Part shown: positions 25,151-38,705 of the stretch, piece after piece
Position numbering within the stretch: the stretch's first letter is position 1
Layout: every line of letters begins with the position of its first letter
Assembly (NCBI GenBank): GCA_964016885.1
Contig: OZ024762.1
Coordinates: 14,446,001-14,510,000 of the forward strand
Reading direction: 5' to 3'
Origin: Eledone cirrhosa
Taxonomy: Eukaryota
DNA: 64,000 nt
Position numbers and translations under genes: made by a program
The notes under the pieces: model-generated
Databases searched by the model: none
Seen by the model: the letters and a program-made list of their open reading frames with translations, nothing else
What the model was told of the DNA's origin: nothing

Positions 25151-25455
25151 TATGAATGGCGTTCGTTTTGGCTTCCTCGATTAACTGCAAAGTTACAACA
25201 AGACGGTAATAAGGGTTTCTCACTATAGGGCCAAGGCCAGCAATTTGGGGGAGAGGGAAGTTGGTTATATAGACCCCAGTATGTGACTGGTATGCTTCTC
25301 TTCCAGTTGGGTATCGTGAATGGCGTTCGTTCTGGCTTCCTCGATTAACTGCAAAGTTACAACAAGACGGTAATAAGGGTTTCTCACTATAGGGCCAAGG
25401 CTAGCTATTTGGGGGAGAGAGGGAATTCAATTAGATCGACCCCAGTATGTGACTG
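25151..25455 (-). repeat. Two tandem direct duplicates of gene A exon 4 acceptor and 5' end
   Basis: Segments ~25151-25290 and ~25295-25455 copy ~24480-24630 (exon start, TTTGCAG acceptor and adjacent intron/SINE tail). A smaller remnant lies at ~24897-24920. Confidence 0.9.
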
Positions 25456-25502
25456 GTAAGAAAGAAAGAAGGAAAGAAAGAGAACGAGAGAGAGGTACTT
25501 AC

Positions 25503-25658
25503 ATCGTTAAAAGCCTTCATTTCCGTGTCTCTTTCAAATAGTTGTCTTTTGGCTTCAACCAAAATGGCCTGGGCCTTGCTGTCAACTTCTGGGATTACCT
25601 TAAAGTCTTTATTCAATTCAGATTTCTCCAAGTATTTCTTCCGTTGCCAGACACCAGC
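25503..25658 (-). CDS. CFAP45: CFAP45-like gene A, coding exon 3 (156 nt)
   Basis: ctaag|GCT...GAT|gtaag. Encodes AGVWQRKKYLEKSELNKDFKVIPEVDSKAQAILVEAKRQLFERDTEMKAFND, phase 0/0. Confidence 0.88.
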
Positions 25659-25922
25659 CTTAGTGAGGAAATTAAAATAATGAAATAAGGATTTTTACTT
25701 TAGGCACAAGGCCAGCAATTTGGGGATAGATAAGGGAGGAAAGTCGATTAAATCAACCTTAGTGCAGGACTGGTACTTTAGTTTATCGACCCCGTAAGGA
25801 CGTGTGTGTGTGGAGTTGAGGTATATTTATTATAGAAATGACTTCTACTAGACTGATGATTTCTTATGAATGAAATAGTTGTAACCCTGTAGAAGTCATT
25901 TCTATATAATGTATATGTATAT

Positions 25923-26014
<92 letters not shown>

Positions 26015-26217
26015 GTTATTCCGGGTTGAGTCGGAGGTAACCACAGTAAGTAAGGTACTCAATACATAGCAGAGTATAAAAGTTTTAAATATAGATGAGA
26101 TTCTACAGGACTAGAACTGTTTCATTCATTAGAAATCATCAGGAATCCCTGATTCCTGATGATTTCTAATGAATGAAACAGTTCTAGTCCTGTAGAATCT
26201 CATCTATATTTAAAAAC

Positions 26218-26268
<51 letters not shown>

Positions 26269-26400
26269 AGAAGTTATATTTAATTTGTTGGGATACAACA
26301 ATCAAATATTTTTATAACTGATATAAAGCACTCAACAAATTTTTGGTGTAAAAATACAATATATTAACAAATGGAAACTATATTTATAAAACCATATTTA

Positions 26401-26463
26401 TTTCATTATAAATATTTCAAGGACACCAAAGCAAATTATGGTGCGCTTTCATCAGATAAAATA
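26401..26463 (-). ncRNA. Minimal hammerhead ribozyme (sense to gene A pre-mRNA)
   Basis: Minus strand: TATTTTAT-CTGATGA-AAGCGCACCA...TGGTGTCCTT-GAAA-TATTTA-TA-ATGAAA. Confidence 0.65.
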
Positions 26464-26786
26464 TAATATAGATCAGTTTTATAAACAAATATTGACATAC
26501 CCTTAAAGAATGCGACCATGTCGGTTGGAAGCTCCCGGATAGTGGGGTTACTAATTTTATTATTGGTCTATTATGCAAATTAGTGTCGGAAAGGTTTAAA
26601 TCCCATACATTTAAATTAAGCCGTTGGAATAGGGAAAAAAAGAAAAGGAAAAAGAAAGAACGAAAGAAGAACAAAAGAAAAAAAAGAGAAAGAGAGAAAA
26701 CCCTAAGTGAGAGAGTGTTGTATTAACGTAATTTTGTGAGATGATGAAGCGCAAAGATAAATATATATTGGATGAATTACGCGAAG

Positions 26787-26837
<51 letters not shown>

Positions 26838-27154
26838 ATAGCAATAACTAACTATTAAATTTTTGAATTAACAATAAAACTTATAAGAAATAGCAAAATA
26901 TGTTTAAAATATAGGAAAAATTTTTTATGAAAAAAATTTTTTTTCTTCATTTAAGAGAGTTTTTGGCAATCGTATGAAGGAATCTAATGATTTATCGATA
27001 GGTTTAATAAGATGAGTTATATATTACATTTTAAATTTATATTTAAACGTTAAATTTAATCTATGTTTGCAGCAACTGAAAAGATTGTTCACAGAATGTT
27101 TGCTCTTTAATATAAAGAATATTTCCTCTATACAAAGGGCGCAATTTTCCGGAT

Positions 27155-27735
27155 CACACCAATGTCGCTGTGGTTCCACCGTGGACTCTTTCGGCTCCAC
27201 CCGCTTTCCTGTCGCCACAGTGCCGGCCGCATTCCACGCCATGCTGCCCTCAACGAGGTCATTAAGCGTGGCTTGGATGCTGCAGGCTTCCCTTCCCAGC
27301 TCAAGCCAATGGGGCTGGATCGAGGGGACGGCAAAAGGCCAGATGGCATGACTATCTTCCCGTTCCGCGGTGGCAAACCCCTCGTCTGGGATGCCACTTG
27401 CACCGACACTTTCTGCAGCCGCAACCTGGTGCAGTCTGCGACTGACCCAGGTTCTGCTGCACATCGGGCTGAGGGGGCCAAACTCCTCAAATACCGGTCG
27501 TTCTCCGGCAGGTTTGCGGCCGTACCCCTGGCAGTGGAGACTTCTGGTGTCCTCGGCTCCAGGGCTACCTCCTTACTCACCACCTATAGGCGCTGAGCTG
27601 GCCAGCCGTAGATGTGAGCCCCGCGAGTTGGAACGGCTCTTCCAGCGAGTCTCCCTCGCCGTCCTCCGGGGAAACGCCTTCTCCATTCTGTCTGCCGGGG
27701 CTGTGGGTGGGCGCCATCGCGTACCGTTGTAGTTG
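27155..27735 (+). mobile_element. 3' fragment of a CRE-clade-like non-LTR retrotransposon (zinc knuckle and restriction-like endonuclease), frameshifted
   Basis: GC-rich island encoding CRCG...HPLSC..RHAALNEVIKRGL...DGKRPDGMTIFPFRGGKPLVWDATCTDT...KY...AVPLAVETSGVLG. After a frameshift it continues LFQRVSLAVLRGNAFSIL. These are typical RLE-domain motifs. Confidence 0.85.
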
Positions 27736-28006
27736 TTGTATCTCCTTCTTAGTCTTTGAAATAGATGGTTTAAATATATTTTAGTGTTGCGAAAACAATA
27801 AAAACTAGTTTGTAGCTGAGCTGCTTACACTTCTACTGGACATATGTATCTGTTTGTAGTTTTGCGTATGTAATTGTATTCACGTTTAACTCTATATGTG
27901 TGATGTCTCCGTATCATTGTATATATGTGTGTGTGTGTTCACGTATGTATGTTTTCGCAGACTAGTGTGTCTATGCCATATATACATACATATGTATATA
28001 TGCATG

Positions 28007-28038
<32 letters not shown>

Positions 28039-28235
28039 AGTATTGAAATTTCCGTTGGAAACAGAAAAGGTCATAGAAATGAAGAGTGCTCTATGTAAGT
28101 ATCAGAGCAAAATTTAATGTATAAAAATCAATACAATATAATTACCTCATTACCAGAGGTTTCCCGAATGAGGCGAATACGAAATAAACGACTTCATTCG
28201 TTCGTTGTTTTAGCGAGAAGCTAACACCATTCTAT

Positions 28236-28389
<154 letters not shown>

Positions 28390-28492
28390 GTGAGTGTGTA
28401 TATGCATTTGTATATGTCTGTATATGTTTTTATGTGTATGTGTGTATATATATATGCGTATGTACATGTGTATGTCCGTGTACATGTATGTT

Positions 28493-28523
<31 letters not shown>

Positions 28524-28827
28524 GAGTGTGTGTGTTTGCATGTATATGTATATGTATACATATATATTTGTTTTCCTTTTATTTGAATGTGTGTATGTGC
28601 GTGTATATGTATGTACACGTCTTTTTCTATATTGCTATGCATTTTTTTTTTTTATTCCGTTATTTTTCCACCCTCACTTCCAATTTTTAACAGATTTTAA
28701 ATCTCATTTCATATGTTATGTATAACATCTCTGTCTGACAAACGATCCAGACGTATATTATTATCGTCTGTGATCCAGAAACCTTTGGTAATAGATTAGT
28801 TATATTTTGTGTTGTTCACTTTCTAAT

Positions 28828-28864
<37 letters not shown>

Positions 28865-29872
28865 GAATAATCGAGTATCGAAAAATCGGCGCACGAGTTC
28901 ACGATAAACAAAATTCGAAATGAGCGGCAGAGGGCTCAATAATTCAGATAAATCAGAGCTATAACTATCGTTAAAATACCGTCACACATAGAACAAGTCT
29001 ATAATCAACCGTACGACCGAAAAATTGCGATCTGGAAGATTCGGGACACTCAGAAAAAATATCAATAAATCAAATAAGATGAAATCTACTTACAATCATA
29101 ATTCTTCATATAATCTAATTGATTATATATACAATATTATAACTCATAATATAGCTAAATAAATTTAAATTCTGGAATCATATTCCACCATTTCCCCCAA
29201 ATCGTTAATTCCTTTAAATTAACGTAAATACAAGCTCTTCTTCCTTTCTCTTCTTTCCTACGCATACATACACATATCCTAATTATTTAAATTCTGCATA
29301 GCGTCTAAAATAACATTTTTTTTTCCAGCCCTATACCTCAACCTCATTTGCATAATCATCTTAATAATTTGAAATATCTGACTTTTCCTCTCTCATCCCT
29401 TCACTATCCAAGGAAAACTTGAACCGTTAAGGTATTTTCCCTTGGTTATGTCAAATTTATAAAACAAACTTTGTATTTTATCTGATGAAAGCGTACCAAA
29501 ACTTTATATATATGCACGTATCAGTTTAGCGGACGCTTATTATAACGCCGCTTTGTTCGTTTGTAAACAAACTGAACAGCCTGAATGTTATGCCGTACGG
29601 TGTGAAGGCAACCACGTTACGTATACACACATACTTATATATATATATATATATATATATTGGTAAACGGAACAGAAAATGCTGACAAATTGTTCACAGT
29701 TGAAAAATGGTTTAATTAGGAATAAAAGAGTATTAGTGATTGTATGGGTTAGTATTCAGTTGTGGTTTTAAGTTTTTAATATATATATATCCATGTGTGT
29801 GTGCGTGTTGTTGTTGAAGTTCTAAGTGACCCACCACCACCACCACCACCACCACCACACTATCCATCTTAC

Positions 29873-30014
29873 CGTTCTCTCCGCCTCGTCTTTGGCGATC
29901 TTCTCTCGTTCCACCTTCACCTTTTCGGCGATGTCCTCGCTATTTTCTTTGATCCGTTGGTATTCCGTTGCGTCCAGAGTGATAGCTGGCATCTCAGCAT
30001 CCTTTCTGGGAACG
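29873..30014 (-). CDS. CFAP45: CFAP45-like gene A, coding exon 2 (142 nt)
   Basis: atttag|C...ACG|gtaag. Encodes (I)VPRKDAEMPAITLDATEYQRIKENSEDIAEKVKVEREKIAKDEAERT, matching CFAP45 'LIVPTEDPSG..IISPEEFERIK'. Confidence 0.88.
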
Positions 30015-30017
30015 CTA

Positions 30018-30062
<45 letters not shown>

Positions 30063-30309
30063 TTCTTTATTGGCCACAAGGGTTGACATCAAGAAAAACA
30101 TTACAGACGGCACGGGACGGCACGATGTGGGTTTTGTGCGTGTAAAGATTTTTATTATTTATATAAGAAACGAAAAAGAAAAAAAGACATAGAAACATAT
30201 ATATATATTTAAACAATAAAAATAAAAATTCAAACAATAGGAGGGAAACCTCCGAGGGTTTAATAATAATAATAATAATAATTATTATTATTATTATTAT
30301 TATTATTAA

Positions 30310-30600
30310 CCGATACCAGGACTTAAAGTGGGAGGTAAAAAGGATTTGGAACTGCCATGAAGTCAGAGTCGTCCCGATTGTCATAGGCGCACTAGGTACT
30401 ATCTCAAAGAGTTTCCAAGGATGGTTAAAGAAAGTTTGTTCAGCCCCGCTTTTGGAACACTTCAAAAGGCATGTTTGCTGGGAACAGCAAGAACCCTCCG
30501 ATACGTCCTGAATATCTGAGGCTGCAGGTAGTGGCTTGATATTCATTTCAACAAACTTTCCAGTTAAATAACATCAATGACTGAGACTCAAAGAGTAATA
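30310..30600 (+). mobile_element. 3' end of an R4/Dong-like LINE inserted in (TAA)n
   Basis: RYQDLKWEVKRIWNCHEVRVVPIVIGALGTISKSF...LQKACLLGTARTLRYVLNI*, followed by a short 3'UTR and a (TAA)n tail. Confidence 0.8.
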
Positions 30601-30602
30601 AC

Positions 30603-30641
<39 letters not shown>

Positions 30642-30649
30642 TATTATTA

Positions 30650-30681
<32 letters not shown>

Positions 30682-30767
30682 GCCTTTCATCCTTACGGGG
30701 TCGATAAAATAAAGTACCAGTAATGCACTGGGTAATTTCTGGCCTTGTGCCTAAAGTAGAAACAATT

Positions 30768-33362
30768 ATTATTATAGTTGCATTTATCTTGCTTTATGTT
30801 CATACGAATTATCACAAGTCACAACCAGTGACCTCAAGAGACAACAAGGTCCGCCATGTTCAAGAAAGAACATACATACACACACATGCATCTTTAGGTG
30901 TTTAGACTTGTGATGTACTTATATTGATAGAATCTTCCTTAGTATATGGGCAGTTCCCATTAGTACTATCTTTTGTATTTCTCCTATACGCGGGTTTCCT
31001 GGGATTTGCGATAAATAATCATTAGACCCCTTAGGTATCATTCCTAGAGCGCCTACAACCACTGGTATTGTTTTAGTTCTCAATTTCCACATTTTTCCAA
31101 TTTCTATCTCCAGGTCCTTATACTTGCTCAATTTTTCAAATGTTTTTATAGATACATTCTTGTCTATTGGAACGGACATATCAATTAGCAGGCATACCCT
31201 CTTTTTAAAGTCCTTCAGTATTATATCAGGTCTATTTGCATCTATTTTTCGGTCTGTTTGGATGCTAAAGTTCCACAAGATTAAGATGTGATTTTTTTTC
31301 AGGTGTGGGAGGTGGTTGATGCTCCCACCAATTCTTTTGATGGGGCAGGTCAAAATGCTTGCACATTATCCAATGAATGTATTGTGCAGTTCTGTCATGC
31401 CTGTTTAGGTATTCGGTTGGAGCTATAGGACTGCACATTGAAATTATATGATCAATGGTCTCTGGTTGTTTTTTACATACACGGCATAATGGGTTGCATC
31501 CATTTTTTATTATGTTGGCTTGGTAATTTTTTGTTGGCAGACACTGATCTTGTGCTGATATAATCAGTCCTTCAGTCTCCGATTTCAGTCCAGAGGATGC
31601 CAACCACTGATGGGTTAAAGTTTTGTCAACATCAGGATTGTTAGCTCTTTCTGGGTGTTTTCCATACAGAGGCTTTTCTTGCCATTTCTTAGCCAGTTTC
31701 TGTAGCAGTTCTTTCTTTGCAGTTACTTTTACCTGCTTTGCTTTTTCTGTGTTTTCCATTTCAGCAGTAAATGGGACTTCTGAAATTTGTAGTCCATTAC
31801 TGTATCTTTGTGAATCTTTTGTAATGGAGTATGATCTTTTGATGCTTTCGTGTTTCAAAACGAGTTTGATCATCCAATCATGTGATTCCCTTAGATATGT
31901 AGATAATCCAATTGTTGCAGTTTTCAACGCAATATCTTCTTTCCTAGGGAGATATATTTTATCTGTATCTCCCTTAGAGTGATGCATTCTGTGCATGGTT
32001 AAGAATTTTCTAATTTTTGTATCGAGCCTACGGATCTCTGTGCTTGACCAGTTGATGACATTGTAACTGTAGGTTACTACTGGTATGGCAAGCGTGTTTA
32101 TGGCATCGATCCTATTCCTTGCATTCAATTCCGTTCTTAAGATTTATCTTACTTTGAGGTAACATTCCTTCCTTATCCTTTCCCTCATTGTCGAGTGCTT
32201 GATTCCGTCTCCTTCACAAACACCTAGATATTTGTAAGTTTCCTCTTGATCAAGTTCTCTTATCACATTCCCCCGATCAAGATTAATGTCTGAACTTTTC
32301 AGCAGCTTTCCTCTGGTGAACGTTGCTTTGGCGCATTTATCTAGTCCAAACTCCATTTTAATGTCATCACTGAACTGCTCCACAGTGGATAATAGCCCTT
32401 GCAATTGTTCATCATTTTTTGCAAATAGTTTCAGGTCATCCATGTAGAACAAGTGATTAATGGTTTTGTCATAGACTTTATATCCATGTTTTGTTTCATT
32501 GAGCATTTTACTTAATGGTATAAGTGCGATGCAGAATAAAAGCGGTGATAAAGAGTCACCCTGAAAAATTCCACAATTAATATTAACTTCTCCAGCTTCC
32601 AGTGATTTTTTTTCACTATTCAAAAGGAGTGTCGTTTTCCATGTCTTCATACTGAATGACAGGAACCTCCTGACAACGGGAGATATTTTGAAAATCTCTA
32701 AACATTTTTAAATCCAACTGTGTGGCAAACTATCGAATGCTTTTTTATAATCTATCTAAGCAATTGATAGATTTCTGTGTCTATTATGACAATCTTCCAG
32801 CATCATTTTGTTAACCAAAAGCTGATCCTTACAGCCATTTGAGCCTCGTTTACACCCTTTCTGCTCATTGGGAAATAGCTCATTTGTTATCAGCTGGTCA
32901 TATGTATATTCAGTTAGGACTGATGTTAAAATGTTATACATTGTGTTCAAGCAAGTTATCGGTCTGTAATTTTTGGGATTGTTTGTCTCATCATTCTTCG
33001 GAAGCAGGAATGTAATGCCGTTAACTAGCCATGATGGTATCTTTTCTGGCTCCTTAACTATTTCATTGTAAAGTTGGGCTAACAGCTCATGAGACTCTGT
33101 GAAGGCATTTATCCAAAAATTGTCTTTTCCTGGGGATTTCCATTTGCTGGTTTTTCTAAGAGCCAAACGCAACTGTTCAACTGTTACATTTTCCCATATT
33201 TGTTCCTCAAGGTGAGCTGTATCTTTCATTTGTCTGTCTATCCATGGGGCATGTATATTATGAACTTTTTCTTCGGCCCAGATCTTTTCCCAGAATTCTT
33301 GCACTTCCTCCTTGGGTGGTATTGATTTAGCTGTTGACTTGCCAATTTTTCTGTAGAAGTTT
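30768..33362 (-). mobile_element. 5'-truncated R4/Dong-like LINE (RT plus restriction-like endonuclease), pseudogenised
   Basis: ORFs carry RT motifs KSPG, NYRPITCL, EQKGC, GIFQGDSLSP and HLFYMDD, a CRVC..ETIDHI.S.C zinc knuckle, and RPDII...IDMSVP...KYKDL. There is a premature stop at 32756 (A*IDYKKAFDS) plus frameshifts. Both ends lie in (TAA)n/(TTA)n. Confidence 0.93.
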
Positions 33363-33914
33363 CTTCTTCTTATTATTATTATCATTATTATTATAGTTTC
33401 TTATATAGGCTCAAGGCCAGCAATTTGGGGGAAGGCGAAAGTCTATTAAATCGACCCCAGTGCGTGGCTGGTACTTTATTTTATCGACCCCGTAAGAATG
33501 AAAGGCAAAGTTAACCTTGGCGGGATTTTAAATCAGAACGTAAAGGACCGTAACTCTATGCCGCAACGAATATTATCCGACGGTCTACCGATACTGCTAA
33601 TCCAATAATAATGCTTTCTTCATTAGCCACACAGGGCACACATTAAGGACTCGTTAAAGAAGGTCCGGGACGATACAATAATAATAATTAGGTACTGTGC
33701 GTGAATTCTTTAATGGAATGTAACCGAACAAAAAGAACTGGGTAGAAAGACAAGGAAATTAATGGCTATTTACAGTATGTTTCATAAGAAGGGGTGATGT
33801 TGATAGACTGTACTTAAGGAGACCTGAAGGTGGGAGAAGTCTTATTAGCGTGGAGGACTGTGTTCAGATGAGGAAGAGCTGTTTACATAAATGTGTCTAT
33901 GAGTAACGAGCCAA

Positions 33915-33982
<68 letters not shown>

Positions 33983-34082
33983 ATCTAGTAGCAGCAGTAG
34001 TAGTAGTAGTAATTGGAGGAGGAGGAGGAGGAAGAGGACAGAAAAACAACAACAAAACATTTAAAAAACTACAAACACTTAC

Positions 34083-34177
34083 ATAATCTCCCGGACGTAA
34101 TTGCTGTTGATCAACCGAATTACCTCCCTTTGTTGCGGCTGTTTCTTTCTTCTTTTCTTGCTCATCATTGTCTCCAT
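34083..34177 (-). CDS. CFAP45: CFAP45-like gene A, coding exon 1 (start codon; exon probably begins at 34187)
   Basis: ATG at 34177 gives METMMSKKRRKKQPQQREVIRLINSNYVREI, then AT|gtaag. This matches CFAP45 'KPETIQLITRDMVREL'. It is preceded by a (CT)n-CCCAG acceptor, so an upstream exon exists. Confidence 0.8.
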
Positions 34178-34189
34178 TGTGAGAAGACT

Positions 34190-35018
34190 GGGAGAGAGAG
34201 GGAGAGAGAGAGAGGGAGAGAGAGAGAAAGAGGGGGGGTATCTGTGTGTGTGTGTGTCTGTGTGTGTGAGTGTGTCAATTAGAGAGAGAGTGTGTGTGTG
34301 TGTATATGTGTGGGGGAATGAGAGAGAGAGGGGAGTGTCTGTGTATGTGTGTGTGTGTGTGTGTGTGTGAGTTTGTGTGTCTGTGTGTGTGTGTGTATGT
34401 ATCTATGTGTGTGTATGTATCTGTGTGTGTGTATGGATGTGTGTGTATTTGTGTATGTATCTATGTGTGTGTGTGTGTGTATGGATCTATGTGTCTGTGT
34501 GTGTGTGTGTGTGTATGTATCTATGTGTGTGTATGTGTGTATGTATCTATGTGTGTGTATGTATCTGTGTGTGTATGTATCTGTGTGGATGTGTGTGTAT
34601 TTGTGTGTGTATGTATCTATGTGTGCGTGTGTGTGTCTGTGTGTGTGTATGTATCTATGTGTGTGTATGTGTGTGTGTATGTATCTATGTGTGTGTGTGT
34701 GTGTATGTATCTATGTGTGTGTGTGTGTGTGTATCCGAAGAAAATTAACACCCTTCTATTCTTTTCTCTCATCTTCCCCTTCTTTGTTTGATTTTTTCTA
34801 TCTATTTATCTCTCTTTGCAAATATATATATATATATATGTGTGTATGTGTGTGTGTATGTGTGTGTGTGCATGTGTATGTGTGTGTGTGCGTGTCTGTG
34901 TGTGTCTATGTATGTGTCTGTGTGTGTGTGTCTACGTATGTGTCTGTGTGTGTGTGTGTGTGTGTGTCTATGTGTGTGTCTGTGTCTGGTGTGTGTGTGT
35001 GTGTGTGTCTATGCGTGT

Positions 35019-35050
<32 letters not shown>

Positions 35051-35070
35051 GTGTATGTGTGTGTGTGTGT
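34190..35070. repeat. (GA)n and (GT)n compound microsatellites
   Basis: Directly visible. Confidence 0.95.
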
Positions 35071-35154
35071 AAAAGGTAAACAGAAATAACAACACAATCG
35101 GTACAGTATATGGAAGAGATATATTAGGTTAACGCTTGATATAGCAGGAAGAGG

Positions 35155-35191
35155 GTCTTAACGTTTCGGACCGCTCGTCCTTCATCAGAAG
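35155..35191 (-). ncRNA. Minimal hammerhead-like motif in a dispersed repeat (second copy ~40544-40579)
   Basis: Minus strand: TCTT-CTGATGA-A-GGAC(gagcg)GTCC-GAAA-CGTT-AAGA. Stem III is the palindrome AACGTT and stem I is 4 bp. Confidence 0.55.
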
Positions 35192-35227
35192 AAAGAATGA
35201 GAAATAAGATAGATTGAGGGGACGGCC

Positions 35228-35280
<53 letters not shown>

Positions 35281-35539
35281 ATCTATGTATATGTATATAC
35301 GTTTCAGCAATTTCCTCTCGAGAAATAATTCTTCGTTGGACGTAATTCTGTATTTAAAAAAAAATAAAAATAAATAAACAAAGATACAAATGAAAATTTA
35401 GAAGATCAAAAGAATATTGATTTCTAACATCGATGCAGAACTATCGAAACTATTTGGGAAACTATTTGGGAAAGGGGCTAAATCAGAGGTACCCAAAATT
35501 TGGGGTCATCAGCCCTTCACGGATACAAAATACATCTAA

Positions 35540-35705
35540 ATGAACATCTACTGCATATGTTACTTTACCTGCTATCCCACTACATCTCTTGTGTACCCAA
35601 GATCTGCACTGTGTGCAGATCTTGGGTACACAAGAATTTATGCCATCGAATATGGCCATTTCCATGATGGATTCCGAGTTTTGTCCTTTCTACTTATCAA
35701 CACTT
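35540..35705 (-). mobile_element. RTE-type LINE fragment with Cys/His finger
   Basis: CTQCRSWVHKRCSGIAGK, the same as in the 51650-52065 fragment. Confidence 0.7.
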
Positions 35706-35729
35706 TATATTTTCCATTTTATGATATAA

Positions 35730-35765
<36 letters not shown>

Positions 35766-35930
35766 CATGGGGAGAAGAATACTGCATGGTTGCACATGGA
35801 ATACATATTATAAAATTAGTCCCTCATCAGTGATTTGCCAACGATCATTGGTATTTCATCGCATTAAAAATCATATATATATATATATCATCGTCGTTTA
35901 ACGTCCATTTTCCACGCTAGCATGGGTTAG

Positions 35931-35961
<31 letters not shown>

Positions 35962-35992
35962 GAGATCAAAAGATGGTTAAAAGAGTTCTAAG

Positions 35993-36063
35993 TATTTTAT
36001 TATGCGCATTTCAAAAAAAAATATCCTCCTGGGATGATATCTGCGTTTTCATCAGATAAAATA
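35993..36063 (-). ncRNA. Minimal type I hammerhead ribozyme (inverted homolog of 21263-21333)
   Basis: Minus strand: TATTTTAT-CTGATGA-AAACGCAGATATCATCCC...GGATATTTTTTTTT-GAAA-TGCGCA-TA-ATAAAATA. The surrounding ~35960-36365 is an inverted homolog of ~20950-21365. Confidence 0.75.
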
Positions 36064-36457
36064 GGGATACATGATATGAAGCTTAAAAAACACTTGTGAA
36101 TAGTGAAGTTTTAAATCAACATATGAAAAATAATTTAAGATTGATGTATGAGATTTGGAAAAAGTGAGGGGGGGGGGGGAAGGTAAGGAAGAGGAGGAGA
36201 TGAGAGTAAAGAATGGTGGGGGAGGAGTATAAGAAGGAAGGATGAGAGAGGAGGAGAGATGGGTGATAGAGAGAGAGAGAGATAGTCTTTACAACTGAGA
36301 AAAAAATATATATTGTCTCACAGAGAGAAGTTAAAAAGCCGTTGGAAGATAATAGATAATTAAAAAGAATTTGAAATTGAAAGTTAATACAAACTGTAGA
36401 GTGCTACTTATCCGATATTTGCATTGCTTTATTGTACTACAATAAAACTCACCTCCT

Positions 36458-36591
<134 letters not shown>

Positions 36592-36768
36592 AGGAGGTGA
36601 GTTTTATATATATCATAAAATGAAAAATATAAAGTGGTGTTGATATATATATATATATATATATGTTTTAGGCAATTCCGAAGGAAAAGCAAAGGAAAAA
36701 AGAGTGCTCTATGTATGGAACAGAGCTATTTAATTAGAAAGTAAACAACACAAAATATGTTCACTTTC

Positions 36769-36824
<56 letters not shown>

Positions 36825-37315
36825 AATTTTAGTACAGCATAAACGAAGCTTTAGTTTGCGGCCAAGCTAACGAATGCAAATTCGGTCTGTAGCTTTAGAA
36901 CTCGAATGGGAATAGTACCCCAGAGTAATAACAATACGTTTAGACAGCTTAGCAAATCAAATATAGCGATCGGCAGTCCATATATATATATATATGTAGA
37001 GAGAGAGAGATGGCTTCTACATGACTAGAACTGTTTCATTTGCGAGAAATCATCAGGAAGCCCTGTAGAAGCCATTTCTATATTAACTATTTATATTCTG
37101 CTATGTATTGAGTACCTTATTTATTGTGGTTACCCCCAATTGAACCCGGGATAAACATATATATATAACGAAGGAAGTGTGGTAAGGAACCAGGTGGAAC
37201 ATAACGTCGAAATGGCTTGAGCTCTGTCGTCTGGGTCCTGAACATTTTCCTATATATATATATATATATATATACAATATTAAATAAATGGAAACTATAT
37301 CTATAAAACCATATC

Positions 37316-37381
37316 TATTTCATTATATATATTTCAGGGATAACATATTAACAATATGCTATGCCTTCCTCAGACAAAATA
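37316..37381 (-). ncRNA. Minimal hammerhead ribozyme
   Basis: Minus strand: TATTTTGT-CTGAGGA-AGGCATAGCATATT..AATATGTTATCCCT-GAAA-TATATA-TA-ATGAAATA. Confidence 0.7.
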
Positions 37382-38195
37382 CAATATAAACATATAAACA
37401 GTTTTATAGATAAATAGATTCGACATACCGTAACAACATCTACTTGCATTTGAGAAGGTTGATTTGGTTGAAATATTTGTCGAAATATTTGAAATATTTG
37501 TCGAAATATTTGTCGAGTGCTTTTATATCAGTTATAAATATTTACTAGTTGTAACACAACAATTTAAATATAACTTTCCATATATATATATATATATATA
37601 TATAGGAGAAGAAGAAGAAAAGACGATCGACTTTCGTCAAATCGGACCGAGGGAACAATGTTTCCGTCGGTCTTTCCAATTGCTAATACTATCTATCGGT
37701 CGCAACTCCAGGTAGAAGGAGCAACGTGAAATAAAGTGTCTTGCTCAAGGACATAACGCATCGCCTGGTCCAGGAATCGAACTCACAACCTTACGATTGC
37801 GAATCCAATTCTCTAACCACTCAGCCACACGCCTTCACTTTATATATATATAATATGTATCATTTGATATTTAATATACTATTATATCACCTCTACCACG
37901 CCCTTGGTCTTTGCAATGCCCCACGGGGGCGGTAGCACCCATTTTGAGACCCTCTGGGCTAAGTTGATTAAATCAACCCCCGTTACTTCAACCAATCCGG
38001 GGTCAACTTTGTCTTTTATCCTTTCAAGGTCGATAGAAACAGCACAAATCCTGTACTGGGGGTTCGGTTATTGCTCACATAAATGTTCTGAGTTTAAATC
38101 CCGCCGTTCACCATTAGAGGATCGATAAAATAAAGTACCAGTAATGTACTGAGGCGGATTTAATTGACTTTCCCCTCCCCACAAAAAACTGTTTG

Positions 38196-38316
38196 CTAAA
38201 ACTGTTAGCTAAAACTGTTAACCAAAACTGTTAACTAAAACTGTTAACCAAAACTGTTAACCAAAACTGTTAACTAAAACTGTTAACCAAAACTGTTAAC
38301 TAAAACTGTTAGCCAA
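38196..38316. repeat. 13-bp minisatellite (AAAACTGTTAACY)n, ~9 copies
   Basis: Directly visible. Confidence 0.9.
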
Positions 38317-38705
38317 ATCAGAAACCAGTATTTAAAAAATCGTTCAAATCCCGCCGAGGTTAACTTTGCCGTTCACCCTTACGGGATTGATAAAATAAAG
38401 TACCAGTAATGCACTGGGATCGATTTAATTGACTTCCCCTCCCCACAAAAATTGTTACACATATACCTAAAGCTACATACCGAAGCCATTATAACAACAG
38501 ATGTTATATGAAAAAAGAGGGCTGCTATTATTTTAACGGCCCTTTATGTTCTGAGTTCAAATCCCACCGAGGTTAACTTTTTACCTTTCATCCTTACGGG
38601 GTCGATAAAATAAAGTACCAGTAATGTACTGGGTAATTGTTGACCTTGTGCCAAAAGAAGAAACATCATCATTATTATTATTATCACTATACCAGGCCAA
38701 TCCAT

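Noticed and set aside
29474-29500. Hammerhead 5' half (TATTTTATCTGATGAAAGCG)
   Set aside because: It is truncated by a TA tract before the GAAA box, so it is incomplete.
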